DNA of 64,000 nucleotides from Paraphysomonas bandaiensis (GCA_965644295.1 CBFFRP010000235.1:62001-126000); one strand, 5' to 3'; positions 27,581 through 41,534 are shown, counted from the stretch's first letter. Numbers and translations are program-made. Notes: a model not told the origin generated them from the letters alone.

Positions 27581-27969
27581 GCATATAAGATAGTAATCAA
27601 TAAGTAAACCCCTCAGTAGATTCCATTATTAGTACTAGTCATAAGATCACATGATTATCGAACCCACTACTGTATAACTGTTTTCTTCATACTCAGAGTG
27701 ATTATCACCATACTCATTCAAAATTAATAGAAATATGCTTGTATCCGACCACAACTGTCGAATAGCTTTCAGAAGCAACATCATTTTATATGTAGTAGGA
27801 TGCATACGATTATATATTTTCCCTGGCTGCTATCACACTGTCTTACATCTACTTTGGCAATTATATTGAAAAGGTATTTGAACAATCATTATTTAAACGA
27901 AACACATTACAAAAAGAAAATAATGGAATTTACTATAAGTACTCCTATTAAAGTAAAATAGTCAGTCAC

Positions 27970-28929
27970 TTAGAGCTTGCTGGCATTGGCAATTTTAGCA
28001 AGTTCAGCGTCCAATTGTTTCTTTCTCTTATCTAACTTGGCAACAGTCTTAAGACCCATAATACCGCCGCCCCACTTACGAAGAACATTCTGATTGAACT
28101 GAGCACGGAAATTCTGTTGCAAAGTGGTAAGCTTATTGCTATCTTCCGGCTTGACGGATGTGAGGGCAACAACAGCACAATTCTTCTTGTGCACAAGAGT
28201 TCCAAGACGGCTCTTTCCCTTAACAATACAATAAGGAACATTCATCTTGCGACAAAGAGCCGGAAGCCACACAACCAGTTCAATTGGATCTACGTCATGG
28301 GCAATCACAACAAGAGATGCTTTCTTCTGCTCGATGAGAGTAGTAATGTGCTTAAGACCAAACTTAAGCACTGGCGGAGGGGTTCCAGCGGCAACGGCCT
28401 CACCAGCCGCAGCAGACGCGGCCATAGCTTCCAGGCGCTCTTTCTTGGCATCCTTGGTCTCGGGTTGGTATTTCACGAGGAGCTTCATGAGTTCAGCAGC
28501 TTGATTCTTATCCAAAGTATGGGAGAACTGAGCAATAGCTGGGGGCACCTTAAGACGCTGAAGAAGAACCTATGGACAAATGCAACATTAAACAATGCAT
28601 AACCAGAAAGAAAACATAATATATTACCTTCTTTTGACGTTGAATGCGCACATTACGTGGCCAACGAACAAACCTGGATAAATCTTTTCCTTTTCCCTGA
28701 AGAATAGAACGAAAGCCATTAATTTATGTCATTGCGGTAAGGCACCCGCTAATTATACCCGAATATCTCCTCCAATTCTGGAGTTTCTAGGCTTAGCCTG
28801 GAATAATGGGTTGGCAACTTTAGCCTTCTTGATTTCCTGCTTTCCGGCTTTGCTTTTAGGATTCTTTGCTGGCTGTTTATATAACAAATGAGTGAATTGA
28901 TAAGATAGAATATGAATATACTGTACCAT
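27970..28929 (-). CDS. RPL7A: 60S ribosomal protein L7a (eL8), 4 exons
   Basis: ATG|PAKNPK...NPLFQAKPRNSRIGGDIR, RFVRWPRNVRIQRQK, LKVPPAIAQF, VVIAHDVDPIELVVWLPALCRKMNVPYCIVKGKSRLG, WGGGIMG. Confidence 0.97.
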
Positions 28930-29532
28930 GATTAGTTTCTGTGACTTGATTGTTTGAATTCTGTTCAATGGAATTGTGAGAGTTAAAGAGATGCAATTCC
29001 TTGCAATGCAATGCATGCATGCAATCTCTTAACCACATATGATATACGTATCTTCAATAGTCACCTAGTTTTCAGTTCGTAGACCCAAACTACGATATAC
29101 AACACAATACACAAAAACCTACAATATACAGACACCAAATATAGGATTTTCGTATCTGGTTTCACCAAAAACCAGAAACGAAAGATTATGATATAAAATA
29201 TGGGTTTTTAGTTTTTGTAGAAGTTAAACTTATAATCTGGCGAAAGAACAACATGTTGAATTATCTCGATTGTTCTGAATAATATCTTTGATTGAAGGTG
29301 ATATTCCAACAACTGTCTCGATCTAGTATAAAAATATCCAGAATATAGAAAATTTCATATTAAAATCCATGATTTATATCTTTCGAAAGATAAAAACAGA
29401 CCTTTTTCTACAGAGTACAAGCGAGATGGAACAATTCCTTACATAGTTAAGTAAGTGTATGTATGTATGTATATATATATGAAGAGATGATTATATCAAT
29501 ACATTAACGACATATGAAACAATCTTAATAAA

Positions 29533-31489
29533 ATGGGAAATAAAACATCAATTATTCAAATATATTCATTACAACCATTAATAAAAAAATATAAATCATT
29601 ATATGATAAACTTGGATTAACAGAATCTGATATTGCTACACTCTATATCTATTATGAGAAAATAGACTTAGACAACACTGGTGTAGTGGATGTAACATCT
29701 GTGTTAAGTAGTATGGGTATACCGTCTAATATATTTATGACCCGGATATTTGGACTTCTCAATACAGTGTCCGGTAAAGATACAACTTCAGTGTCCGGTA
29801 AAGATACAACTTCAGTGTCTGGTAAAGATACAACTTCAGTGTCTGGTAAAGATACAACTTCAGTGACTGGTAAAGATACAACTTCAGTGACTGGTAAAGA
29901 TACAACTTCAGTGACTGGTAAAGATACAACTTCAGTGTCCTCTAAAGATATTTCAACAATAAGTTTTCATGACTTCGTCTGTTGTTTATGGAATTTTTGT
30001 TCTCTCAATACAATGCTACGTAAGTATCATATATATGATCTTGATGTGTATTGTGTTGATGTGTATTTTCAGTTATTGTTATAGTAATCTACTATATATA
30101 TATATATATCTGATATATGTTATATAGCAATGCTGGTATTTGATATGTATGATACTAATGGAAATGAATCATTGGAATGGTCAGAAGCACAACAGATGAT
30201 TGTAGAGATGTATGGTGATTCAAAAACAACAAACCGACAAGCAAACAGGTCAATACATATGCTAACTATACATTCACATACTATGCATATCCCTCTATAT
30301 ACATACTCATATATATATATCAGATTTAAAGATCAAATTGATCGTCTTGGAAGTCTTGGCATACAAAAACAATTCTTTACAGATTTTGCAAAGAACCATC
30401 CCTCATTTATCAAACCAGCATTAAATTATCAAAATAAAATACAAAAAATTTTTTTTGGTAAAAAATATTGGAAAAAAATTTCACTTATTCGAAATAAATT
30501 ATCCAATGATACTTATGAGAGTATTAATGTCATTATCAAACGATTGGGTCCAAAAAAGAGAAGAAAATCTCTACCCTCGAATGAGGACAGTGATAGTGAA
30601 GATGAAGGAATGTCATTGGATAAGCTGTTGAAGTTGAAGAGAAAAGCAGGACATTCATTTAATTCGAGTAGAACCCGCACTGCACGTCGCGATTCATTCA
30701 GTTCTGATAAAAATTCCGATAAAGGTTCCGAAAAGAATTCTGAGCGACATTCTGAAGAACATTCTATGCGATCTGCTGGCGTAAGCTCTTTGGTTGATTC
30801 AGAACCAGCGAAACCCAAAATTAGCCCGCTAACTGGAAAGTACAGAGGTACCATCAGTCGAGGTTCTTTTTGCAGCGAAAATTCACTATTGGATGATGAT
30901 GAACACGATAAAATGGATAAGGTATCTGCACTGTTGATGTATATAACAACTATCATGTTGAAATTTTTTTCACTTGTGTGGCTTGTGCTTACTAACTGAT
31001 TTACCACTATCGTTTGTACTTTGCCCTGTACAGTATAACTCTGTCCTGAAATATAGATTCTCAATGAAAGTACTGAATATGCCCATATTGTGAAAAGAGA
31101 GATTAAAAGGCGAAAGTCAATGGATCACATGAAGCCGAAGTCATCCAAATCGAAGTTGAAGTCTACAAATGAGGGGTATGATGGGTCTGATGAAAGCTGC
31201 AGCCCTCTGGTTAGAAGATGTAAGTTGGTTTACACCGTAGAGAATTCGATGCATGAGATTTGGTATACACTCTGTACGGTTTCTTTAAGTCAACATGCCG
31301 TATCAGAAACACAACAGCATATCAACAATGCCGTCGAAAGTGCACGTTTAAAATGCCAAAGCACTTTGTACTATATATCATATCCATACATATTACATGC
31401 ATATCTACATATTTTATATCTTTCTAACTGGCACGGTTTTAGCCCGGTCGCACTCACGACGCACCTTTCCTGCACCTGACAAGTACTAG
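29533..31489 (+). CDS. EF-hand (calcineurin-B/recoverin-like) protein with possible N-myristoylation and Ser-rich tail
   Basis: MGNKTS start; EF-hand loops IDLDNTGVVDV, TISFHDFVCCLWNFC, FDMYDTNGNESLEWSE; GT-AG introns; predicted end ...PAPDKY* at 31487-31489. Confidence 0.75.
29767..29958 (+). repeat. Coding 24-bp minisatellite (V-S/T-GKDTTS) x7 plus one degenerate unit
   Basis: GTG(TCC/TCT/ACT)GGTAAAGATACAACTTCA repeated in frame. Confidence 0.95.
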
Positions 31490-32950
31490 TCAATTAATAA
31501 AATTGGCATATTACGATATGAAGAATCAATGAGTCTTTTGTAAAACTGCGAAATATGTATATCTTTGTACACTTCAATGGTCGAAATAATTATTATACCC
31601 CAGAAATTTGTGAATATGATTAATACTGTCCTGTGAAGTGCAATGTTGTTGTATCTGCTGCTATGGATTACGTTTATATGCAATACATGATTGAAAGATT
31701 TGTATGCTTGTTTTGTCGTTTGGCAGGATGAAAGCCATCCAAGAAATGATTTTATTATATGCATAATATTATTTTATAGCTGTGAGATGTGTAATACTTT
31801 AATCAAAAGTGTGTTTATCTAGATATAATATGCTTAGTAATAAATCTCGGATAATCACGCACTGTTCGCATGTGATATATTGTAATGACCGAATACATAA
31901 CATCATACATCGTTCTAGAAACTAACATTCAATAGTTTCTACTACTCTCAGTGTAACCCATTAGCACGAGAAATTGTAAACTATATTTACACGGACGCAA
32001 ACTAGCCCCAAATCAAAAAATAAAGGTAAACTATGTCTTCGTGCGTTGAGTACTATTTTGTTGTAGAGTAGAACATACTTTAGTTGTGAAAGTTGGTGTA
32101 TCTTTAGAGTATTTGTATATTTTATTCTATTGATGTTATATGCTGATGATACCGCACATACATGTATAAGTTCATGTTTCCGAACGAAACGGCAGATGCT
32201 ATTTGTCCAACAAATAAATAAACGAATACTAGACTAAGTTAAGTATAGATGCACTGAGCGATTATAGGGTGTGTAAATACAATTATTCGAACAGTTAACA
32301 CTACTAAATCAGAGAAAGCAGACACAAAACGTACTATGGTTTCGTGTCTTTAATCTATTCGAAATCTGCGGCTTGATTCCTGTATACTACAAATCGTGTA
32401 GAGTGGAAGTAAAACACGAGGAGAAGAAATGCGGGGGACGACAACTTCTAGAAGTTATTCTCTTCAGGAAAGTTATTGATGCTTGGCTTTATTGGTGGAG
32501 TGGACTTTTATTGTAATGGCCTCCCATGATATTGTAGTATTTATTGATTGGAACATTGGAACTACGTCCACAACATACTAATGTTTATTATGTCTGTATA
32601 TGGTTCTATGGATACGAACTAATGACTAATGTAACGTCTATTCGTTTAAGATCTAGAGAATGTACACGGCTTCGTCATATTGTTGGTTTATGTGATGAAT
32701 AAAAAAAACAGCTAACTCATTACAACTGTTAATTATTATCTGTGCCTTTAGCATTTAGCACTAGCCAAAACCTACGTTGACTAAACAATGTCAAATTTGA
32801 TTACTCCGCGAAAAAGCAATATTTTTTGAGTATATGGGACGTCGGAAATTATAGGTGTACCACTAGCACATTAAATGGTACACCCTCATATGCGATATAG
32901 TCAAAAAACATTGTTTCGCTACTGAGTATGGGCTGTGTTTCCGCCTTGAA

Positions 32951-34100
32951 TTAAACGTACAATTCACCAAGCTCTTCCTGACTACAACACTCTTTCGGAT
33001 AATACTGAGGAAGAAGGCGTCCATCAGTTTGGTCGACAATTCGAAGAAATTTTTCAGTTCGTATGCTTTGCTCCAGTGACGCTTGATTGGCAGTTACAAT
33101 CTGTGGCATGTGTTAATCTTAATACCATAGTGTATATTCAATCGCAACATATTTACTTCTATATTGATTCGACCATTACATAGAAATATATAAATAATGC
33201 TCAGCTTTTATCATTCAACAGTTACCAACATATTCCATGTCATCCTTATAAACACACGGGCAATTACCTGAACATAGGCCATCCAAATGAATATTAGACC
33301 TCCGATTATAGTCATCACAATGCAGTCGTCCTCGGAATAGGTCAGCCACATGGGAACAAACAGAGACACAACAAACAAGAGAGCCCCGATAACTGCTGTC
33401 ACCTGGGAAATGTTTTTGTAGGCATACTGCTCGATGATGAGAACGAATTTATCGGCATCGCAGTAAGCTCGACTGAGAGCATTTTCGATGAAGCACACAC
33501 CGCATATAATACTCATCATAAAGAATAGGTCGGCAAAACTTGTGAGATAATAGAACACACGTAGATTGTTACTACTAACTGATACTCCATCCACAATATC
33601 AAGTTGAGGGGGAACAAAATACAGTGCCGCACTGACAGTAATCAAAAGGGCACTAATCAGCATGGAATTATTCATTCGTGTTGTCAAATGATCATCAAAC
33701 CATTCTGGACTTAAAGCCCTATAAACATATATATTAATATAAATATATAATAGAATGAGTATATATACTTTGCAATAGCCCAATCCACTTTCTCTTGTGT
33801 AGACCATTGAGGATAACGACTTGCAAGTAATTCAATTGTATTAGCATATGTAAACATAATCTCATTAATATGTGCATCATCAGTTGAACATGTTACCCAT
33901 CTAAGTACACGTTGTGTTGACCATGTTGATAGATTATTCATATCAATCTCATGACGATCTTTCTTTGATGACATTAAATGAGCTAATGTTAAATATAATG
34001 AATGTTGTTCATTTGATTGACGATTGTTTGACATGATTGGTGTAGTTGAAGATATATTTGAAGTTGTTAATGGTGATGTTGGGACTATTTTACCTTGCAT
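32951..34100 (-). CDS. Hypothetical ~4-TM membrane protein (3 exons)
   Basis: ORFs 33711-34100 and 33211-33807 join through a GT-AG intron. Hydrophobic helices (SMLISALLITVSAALYF etc.). Last exon ends ...EELGELYV*. Confidence 0.7.
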
Positions 34101-34218
34101 ATCCTTCTATATAGAGAGATGTGCAGAGATGGATGCGTGTGTAACAAAACTTGTTGGTAGTATGGCTATGGGGATTACAGTACAGCAGTACATACATACA
34201 TATCATCCCTCTACAACG

Positions 34219-34370
34219 GCATCCTGTATATATTTTTGTTCAAAGATGCCTCTAATATTGAGACAATAATTATGTGTATTACAGACGTACTTGTATGTTA
34301 GTAATATCGAGGATTTTTATATCAATTTATTTACGAAAAATAAGATGCATTTGCATATATAGCGATACTT
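34219..34370. repeat. Dispersed repeat B, related to the tandem pair at 59163-59490
   Basis: GCATCC..TATATTTTTGTTC..ATGCCTCTA..TTGAGACAA..TTAT..GTATT...CGAAAAATAAGATGC is shared. Confidence 0.7.
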
Positions 34371-35318
34371 ACCGTACCACGGTAAAATATCCTTGTTATT
34401 ATATCCACATATTTATTATGATCTGTTTTTTTTGTATATGGATAGTGTACTCTGATGTTATACAGCTGTATATATTGTATACAATGTTGGTGTAGTAATG
34501 AAGTTTCTTGGTTGACAATAAAACTTGAATTCTAATGAGGTAATTGTGAGATATTAACGATGTTGGGTTGAATGTGTACTGTGTCTACATCACTATTGTG
34601 TTAAATAGATGACAATATCTTCTACTTATGGCTCTAAACTTGATTAACTTATATATACATTGGAGCCTCAATACATGCATTCATATACATAACGGTATTC
34701 TAATCCCACAGTATTACACGGTATTCGGTATGTATTCTATCTTCACATGATAGTGTTCTTTTTGGCTATTGATATGAGTATACATATATATACGTAGCTT
34801 TCCTATACTAATAAACTCTACATACAACAACAGTACACGTATCGGTATTTTTCGGAAATAAATTGATATAAAAATCCTCTATAGTACTGCAGTACAACTA
34901 CGGCTATAATACAGATAATTATTGTCTCAATATTTGAGGCATCTTGGAACAAAAATATAAAAAGCATGCCGATTATAGCTACAGTTGAGAGAACATCTCC
35001 AAGTATTCAGTTGTGTGTATATGTACATCTTCCTCACAATTACGTACGCATACATACATACCCAACATATACATACCCTAACATACATATACATACATAT
35101 ACATACATACATACATGTTCACCTCACATCTCCTCCTTATTAATGCATACTCATATAACACACATATACATACATAAGTAACCATCATATAATCAATCAT
35201 ATGAATATACTTATTATTACTATTTAATCACACTAACATACATAGAAATACAATCGTTTAATTTCATTCAATCCTTCATATCAATTCAACTGTTTCATTA
35301 GATCAAACACCATCCACT

Positions 35319-37848
35319 ATGAATGATATACATACAAGATTTCGTTCACCAAGTAATGATGGTAATAATCAAGATTTACATTATAAACGTCATAGAGCTG
35401 GAAGTATCAGTGGAAGACTTAGAGCAGCATCTGATTTGGAAGAAATTGGAATGATTGATAAATATCAGAAAGGATTATTAAAAGTATGTGTATATATGTG
35501 TATAATACATATATATGTATATGTATGTATCTATGTATTGATGTGTTTGTTATATAAGTATATGATAATATTTCATTGTTTATATCTTGTAGGATAAGAT
35601 TATAGCTGGTGATCCCGCACTTCAGGCAGCATTAGACAAATATGACAGAGGCGATATTACCGACTTGGAAGGTATAGTCTTTTGCTAACTTCTTTTTTTG
35701 ACTCTGTGGTACCATGTCGTTGTATTTGACTTTCTTGTAGTATATACATAATTTAATTGCTGTGTCTACTTAGCAATTATAAAATCTGGCGGTCTGACTG
35801 AAGACACCGTTGATCTGCTGGATGGACTGGATTTGGATTTTTTGAATGTTGGCAAAGGAGGTGCGTTCCAAAACTTCGATGATATGGACTTTCCTTTCGA
35901 TTCTATGGACGATATGGGATTCAGAATGCGTGGTATGAGTGAGATGGGCATCCCGGCCGAATCTGCTGGGGGAGTCAAGGAAGAGGGAGTGAAACAGGAG
36001 GGTATGCAGTTTTCTCATGGCAAAGGACCTGCAGTGCCTGACACACAGGTACTATATGGCCCTTCAATCCCCCTTATACATGTCTTACTTGTTCCTAGGC
36101 CATTAATGGGGATATGACTTATAATTATGAAGGCAATGACCCGTATAGACAGCAGGGACCTGGTGCTGATATTTTCTCTTATGAGGCTCTATCTGTGTCC
36201 CCTCCCCAATTGAATGGTTCCGAGTTTATCTTCGGTAGGATGTTATGCATTCACTAATGTCATACTTGCGTAGTGTGAATACAACGCTATATGTTATTGT
36301 GGCACTTGCGCCTTCTTTGCCTTTGGCAGTTGTATTTGGGCATGATATGTCCCTTGTACTTTAACTCTATATAACATTGCATGTTACATTGTTTCATGAA
36401 TCGGATATGTCTGTCATGTCTATATTTCATTCACGATGGTGTACTTATCTAATTTCGTTATACAGGAGGGACGAATCGACAACGAGGAATGTCAGGCTTG
36501 AGCGACCTTGAGGCTTCTCTGTACAGGACGAGAGGGCTGTCGAACCTTTCTGACTTTGACCCTTTTCCAAGTGGAAGTGGTAAACAGGTACTAGTATGCA
36601 ACTGTGTATATTATGATATATCGGATAACGTTACGGCTCTGTTGTATTGTGTATGTTTTGTTTGGTCTTTTTTCTAATATAGATTTAGCCCCCCGCTTCG
36701 AATAACACCACAGCCCCACCACCCCATCCACAGCGACCACAAGGGTCTCACCAAATCGCCCAGCAGCGTCCCACTGCTCCTCCTGTATCGAATCACAATT
36801 TCACCGGTGGAAGCAGTAATAATGGACCTTACATGTCCAACTTTCTCACACCCAGCAATCTGATTCCGGGATATGCTATGCCAATGGGTAAGTTGATACA
36901 AAGCTCATCTGTGTTTTTCAGTGTGGCATGTGCAGTATACGAGAGAGTACTGATTTTATTCATGTTTTTATGTAGGCATGGCGCAAGGTGACAAAAGGCT
37001 GCAATCGTCTCTTCAGCCCACAACGATATATTCAGCTCAGAAACCACGACCCGAGTCAGGTGATCTTGACTGTCATACTGTGCTAGTTGTAACTGCGTTT
37101 ATTATTATTATTTCGTCCTTGTAAAGACATTGTGTGCGAGTAGGTTGACAAACAGTTCATATATAAGATATCTATTGATATTTGCTGATTGATGTGTCCT
37201 AACTTCGTATTACATACAGAAAAAGGATATATTGGGGCATATTCTCCTGAGAGCAGAAAGGAGAGATTGGAGAAATTCTTTGAAAAGAGAAAGAAACGGG
37301 TTTGGACCAAAAAAGTAAGTTTCAATATAATTGCAGAGATTGCAACAAAACTGAACATAGAGCAGCATGCAGCATATGTATTCTGCATTTTAATGATGTT
37401 TACGTATACTTTGGTATATCTGGTTAGCTTTCTATAATCAGAGAAACGACGTTTTGTTCTACTCAGTGTTCATTACTTCTATTTAGTGTGTATTAAGTAA
37501 TACTCAGTAGAATGTACGTTAACTCGTATACAGGTCAAATACGATGTGCGGAAAAACTTTGCTGACAGTAGACTGCGTGTAAAGGTGAGAAGGAATATAG
37601 TTATGCGGAAGTGTGTGGATATTGTCTTGTGCATGATCATATGTATTCAATCAATTACTCCATAAACTCCCGGTATATATGTGGGTATGCAGTATAGTGC
37701 GGGAATAAGCATCGTGCGACTTGCGACTTGTATATAGTCATCTAATTGTTGAGGTTTCTCTACGAATGTATTTAAATCAAACATACAGGGGAGATTTGTC
37801 AAGAAGGAAGATGAGGAACTTCTTCGTGATTTGCAAAATTTGGAATAG
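35319..37848 (+). CDS. CCT-domain (CONSTANS/CO-like/TOC1) protein, multi-exon
   Basis: C-terminal GAYSPESRKERLEKFFEKRKKRVWTKK|VKYDVRKNFADSRLRVK|GRFVKKEDEELLRDLQNLE*; N-terminal RAGSISGRLRAASDLEE. Confidence 0.9.
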
Positions 37849-38529
37849 TTTGTGTCAATCCCGGACAGCTTTTGACAGGTATATAAAAGATGAATGCTCC
37901 AAAATGTGTTGTATTTATTGCGGTATTGTAGCAATACAAAAAAGAGTCGTCAAGATACGTAAAGAAGCTGTGATTCATATATTAAGTTCTTGATGGCATG
38001 ATTCAGTGATGCATAAGCGCGTGATGTCTGCTATGTAGGAATCGAAGTCGTGAATGTTGTAGTAGTATGGTTGCTGATTGAAATAATTTAAGGCATCATT
38101 AAAGCAATATGCTTCAAGAAGTGCAGTTTGCTGCCATTTGTTTATTTCATAGTATAGCTACAAATTCACAAACTATTGCCGACAAAATCTATCTACTTTT
38201 TGATTAAGGTCTGGTTCTCCACTATAAATTCAAAGGGTTAGTATGCAACATGTTTAGCTCTTGTTGTGAAACTGTCTTCTTTACTTTTCTTGTTGAGAAT
38301 TATTATGAATTGTAAATACAACAACGTCAAACATCTTACTGATCTTAAAGAGCAGGATTTCAATTGATACTGAAATATAGACAATAGACTGTAGAAGAGA
38401 GAATCTTCAACTATGTATTATTCATTCGACGGTATATTATGATTCGAACCTTAAAGGCAGCTTTAAATTGCTAACTAATATGGAGCAGTACAAGATACAA
38501 ATGTACGTAGTTTCTAAATTAGTTCTAAC

Positions 38530-38885
38530 TCTTACAGGCCTATTGCTAATAATAAGACTTTCACTTCTAGTACTACGTAGTAGAATAGTGTGTATAGTAC
38601 ACTTGTGTAGACGTATTTGGGCCTTGTCGAATAAACAAGCATCTGGGAATGGGCCCACCTCAACAAGGACATCCGGGGTATTGGGCTGTCTGCTGAAGTC
38701 AAGCATCCGGGAATTGTTTCACCGAAAGTGGCTGCACCTTGATGCTTGCCGTGACGCACAAGCATCTTTCGTAGCACCAAATAGTAGGATATCGGAGTTG
38801 TTAAGCACTAGTTAGTTATATTGTTTTTTTGCTACATTAGTTCTGGCTCTTACATGCCTATTGCTAATAATCAGACATTTACTAC
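38530..38885. repeat. Dispersed repeat A (probable TE end), copy 1
   Basis: TTTGGGCCTTG.CGAATAAACA...GGGAATGGGCC.ACCTC...GTGG.TGCACCTTG...AATAGTAGGATATC.GAG is shared with 60030-60345. Part of it occurs inverted at 41535-41722. Confidence 0.8.
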
Positions 38886-39316
38886 ATTGTTAGGATTCAT
38901 TTTATATAAGGTAGTATATGCGGAAAGTAACGTTCAATGAAATATATCATGAGCTAAATTAATGGACGTATCTGTTGCAGATACTTGATCGTCTTTATAA
39001 TGATCGTCATTTTCAATTATACTTCTATAACTATTCCATATTGTGTGTTCTATATTATTATTCACTTTCTTACAAGTCGAGGTAATACCAAAACCTGGGT
39101 TTTGATGTAAAACCTGGTGAAATTTTTGGTGATGGTCGGAAAAGGGTATAACTATGCACAATAAGTAACTATGAAGTTAATAACAGTGTGAAAAGTATTA
39201 TTTATAATATTTTTTACTAATTTCTTCCATATTACTTCAGTTTTACAGCAATAAAAGTCACCGACTACACACATATATTATACAGTTCAAGCTATTCCGT
39301 CAAGCATAATATAAAG

Positions 39317-39620
39317 CTATTCTTTGTACGATACCCCACTACTACGTCGACGTTTTCCGGTCACAACATTCTCAGATGAGAGAGCGCCTTGATCCACCCA
39401 TTCGGTTGTAGGCTCTGTCACTATTTCCCATTGCTGTTTTTTAGTCCTTTTCTTTGACGAAGTTACTGTATAATATATAATATATTATAACGTTTACATA
39501 ATAATCATATTATTATATATACTAACCTTTTATGTGCCTCAAGTAACTTGCAGCTAGGTTGTTGTCATACTGTCCATCATTATATTTGATATCGTAAGTA
39601 TTGTCGCTATGTACCTGAGT
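39317..39620 (-). pseudogene. 3' gene remnant with Tudor/Agenet-like segment inside the TIR element
   Basis: VHSDNTYDIKYNDGQYDNNLAASYLRHIK|VTSSKKRTKK...GKRRRSGVSYKE*, with GT-AG intron 39466-39526. Confidence 0.55.
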
Positions 39621-39783
39621 ATATATATCTCTTACATTTATTGATTAAATATATGTGTTACTGTAGTACTGTTCATGAAGATGGTGACGGGGTCGTCGTA
39701 CGTATATATGCGGTATTGTTCTGATTATTGTTGTGCGTTGTTACTATAATACACTGTACTAACTGTGTAGTATAATGGTGTAG

Positions 39784-40275
39784 GAGAAGTACAAAGGGAA
39801 GAAGAATGTCGTCGAAATTCGTGGCGACATATCCAACGACGACTCGGAGGAAGAGGTACCACGAAAGCTCACGAGCAGGGACAGTAGTACTGTTCATGAA
39901 GATGGTGACGGGGTCGTCGAATCTCAGCAGAAAGCGGATCTGATACCTCCCGCTGTTGCTGAACTTCGTCAGGAAATGATGTCCGGACTAGCAGAACTTC
40001 GTGATCTTCTAATGAGAAAAAATGATGATCCTCCACCTGCTTATGATCCTCCACCTACTAGTACTGCGCCCCCAACGGCTGTAGCCGCGTCGTCTCAGAG
40101 CATAGGTACTAATACTACTAGTGTAAGTAGTAGTGGTGAAGATAGCTTTATGCGTATGCATTGTATCCAAAACCAGGCTATTCGGTTGGAGCGTTTGCAA
40201 TCTCAAGAGAGGCAAATGCAGCTATATGAGAATATGATATTACAAAACACAAGTCGTGGCAGGGCCAACTTGTAA
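39784..40275 (+). pseudogene. 3' exon remnant of a second, outward-facing gene inside the TIR element
   Basis: AG acceptor, then open frame EKYKGKKNVVEIRGD...LRQEMMSGLAELRDLL...GRANL*. Confidence 0.5.
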
Positions 40276-40721
40276 CGCAATAAATATTGCTAATAACAAC
40301 TATAATTGCAACTTTTTCTTTATCTTTAACCTCTTAGATACAAATTACAGTAAAATAATAACTCAATACTTAGATATGAAACCTGGTGAAATCGCTTTAC
40401 CAGGTTTTGGTATTACCTCGACTTTACATCTCTTTGTTCGTCACTTTACATCCTAATAAAAGCACAATATTTTTCTTGCTTAAATCTTCATTAGGAAGCG
40501 AATGTCAATTAAAGGTACAAGTTACGGCTAATATACCAGCTCGGATTCAACAACCGACAAACAAAAAGACTCAATGCCGAAAATCGATGCGAAGAACTTC
40601 TCTAGGTGGCAGAAGTGCTGCACGTGGTTCTACCACAAACCAAAAATCGTTTAGACTCTACAATCTAAAAAATCTCAATGACCCTGAAGAAGAAATCTCA
40701 GATGACGAAGATGATCAATAT

Positions 40722-41466
40722 CAGGGATAGAGAACAATATATTATTGTATTGCAATATATTGTAAAATATATTGAATGAACTGGTCTAATATTCCATCAA
40801 AATTGTTTCTGTTAAAGTAGCTCAAAATATATTGCAATAAAGATTCTTAACTGTAGGGTAAAAAATATATGTCCATGTATATAAATCTCCGTTTAGACAG
40901 TCATTATTGCAACACTACAGAGGATAATGAAGCTGAAGTTGGATATGCGGAGAAAATTCTTCTATCAGCTCAAACATTTAAGAAACGAATAGTTGAAAAA
41001 TCTATGTACAGGTGCACGAGTCATGTGTAGTAAGTACTTTTCAAATACATGTGAACGCCTTTTCAGCGCAGCAAAACTGATTATATCAATGTTGCGCAAA
41101 CATATGCATCCTACAACTTTTAATATGCTGTTGTTTCTGAAAGCTAACCGACAGTTGTGGCCGGATGTAAGCATATTTCAATTAATATTGGATGAATATG
41201 GGGATGATGATGTCATCGATGATGGCTCAGAGGATGAGTATGAGGAAACTTTTAAAAGCAGTTAAGAGAGTGTAGTGGGTCTGATTATCAAGTGACCTTA
41301 GACCTCTTATAATGACAAGTACTAAAAACTACGGATGTGTTTACGTGTTTACTTACTGATTAGTCATACTAATATTGTATTGTAGGGCCGGTTTAAAATC
41401 TCCCTCCATACTATTGATGGAAAATTATCCAACAATAGAATTGCAATATATTTTTCCTTATCCCTG
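40722..41466 (+). mobile_element. Internally deleted hAT transposon with 8-bp TSD
   Basis: Termini CAGGGATAG.../...CTTATCCCTG; ATCAATAT at both flanks (40714-40721, 41467-41474); hAT C-terminal dimerisation remnant SNTCERLFSAAKLII...MLLFLKANRQLW at ~41040-41160. Confidence 0.92.
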
Positions 41467-41534
41467 ATCAATATCAACTCGAACAGTTTTACGATACACA
41501 ACGATATTATTACGATGAATGATAAGAAACTATT

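Larger units (their letters stand above)
39075..40423. mobile_element. Non-autonomous DNA transposon with perfect 24-bp TIRs and 5-bp TSD (TTACA); superfamily unclear
   Basis: AGTCGAGGTAATACCAAAACCTGG at 39075-39098 and its reverse complement at 40400-40423. TTACA at 39070-39074 and 40424-40428. Confidence 0.85.

Noticed and set aside
28571-28926. snoRNAs in RPL7A introns (as in vertebrates)
   Set aside because: The introns are only ~55-60 nt and show no C/D or H/ACA structure.
29767-29958. CRISPR-like array
   Set aside because: Contiguous in-frame repeats without spacers, inside a eukaryotic exon.
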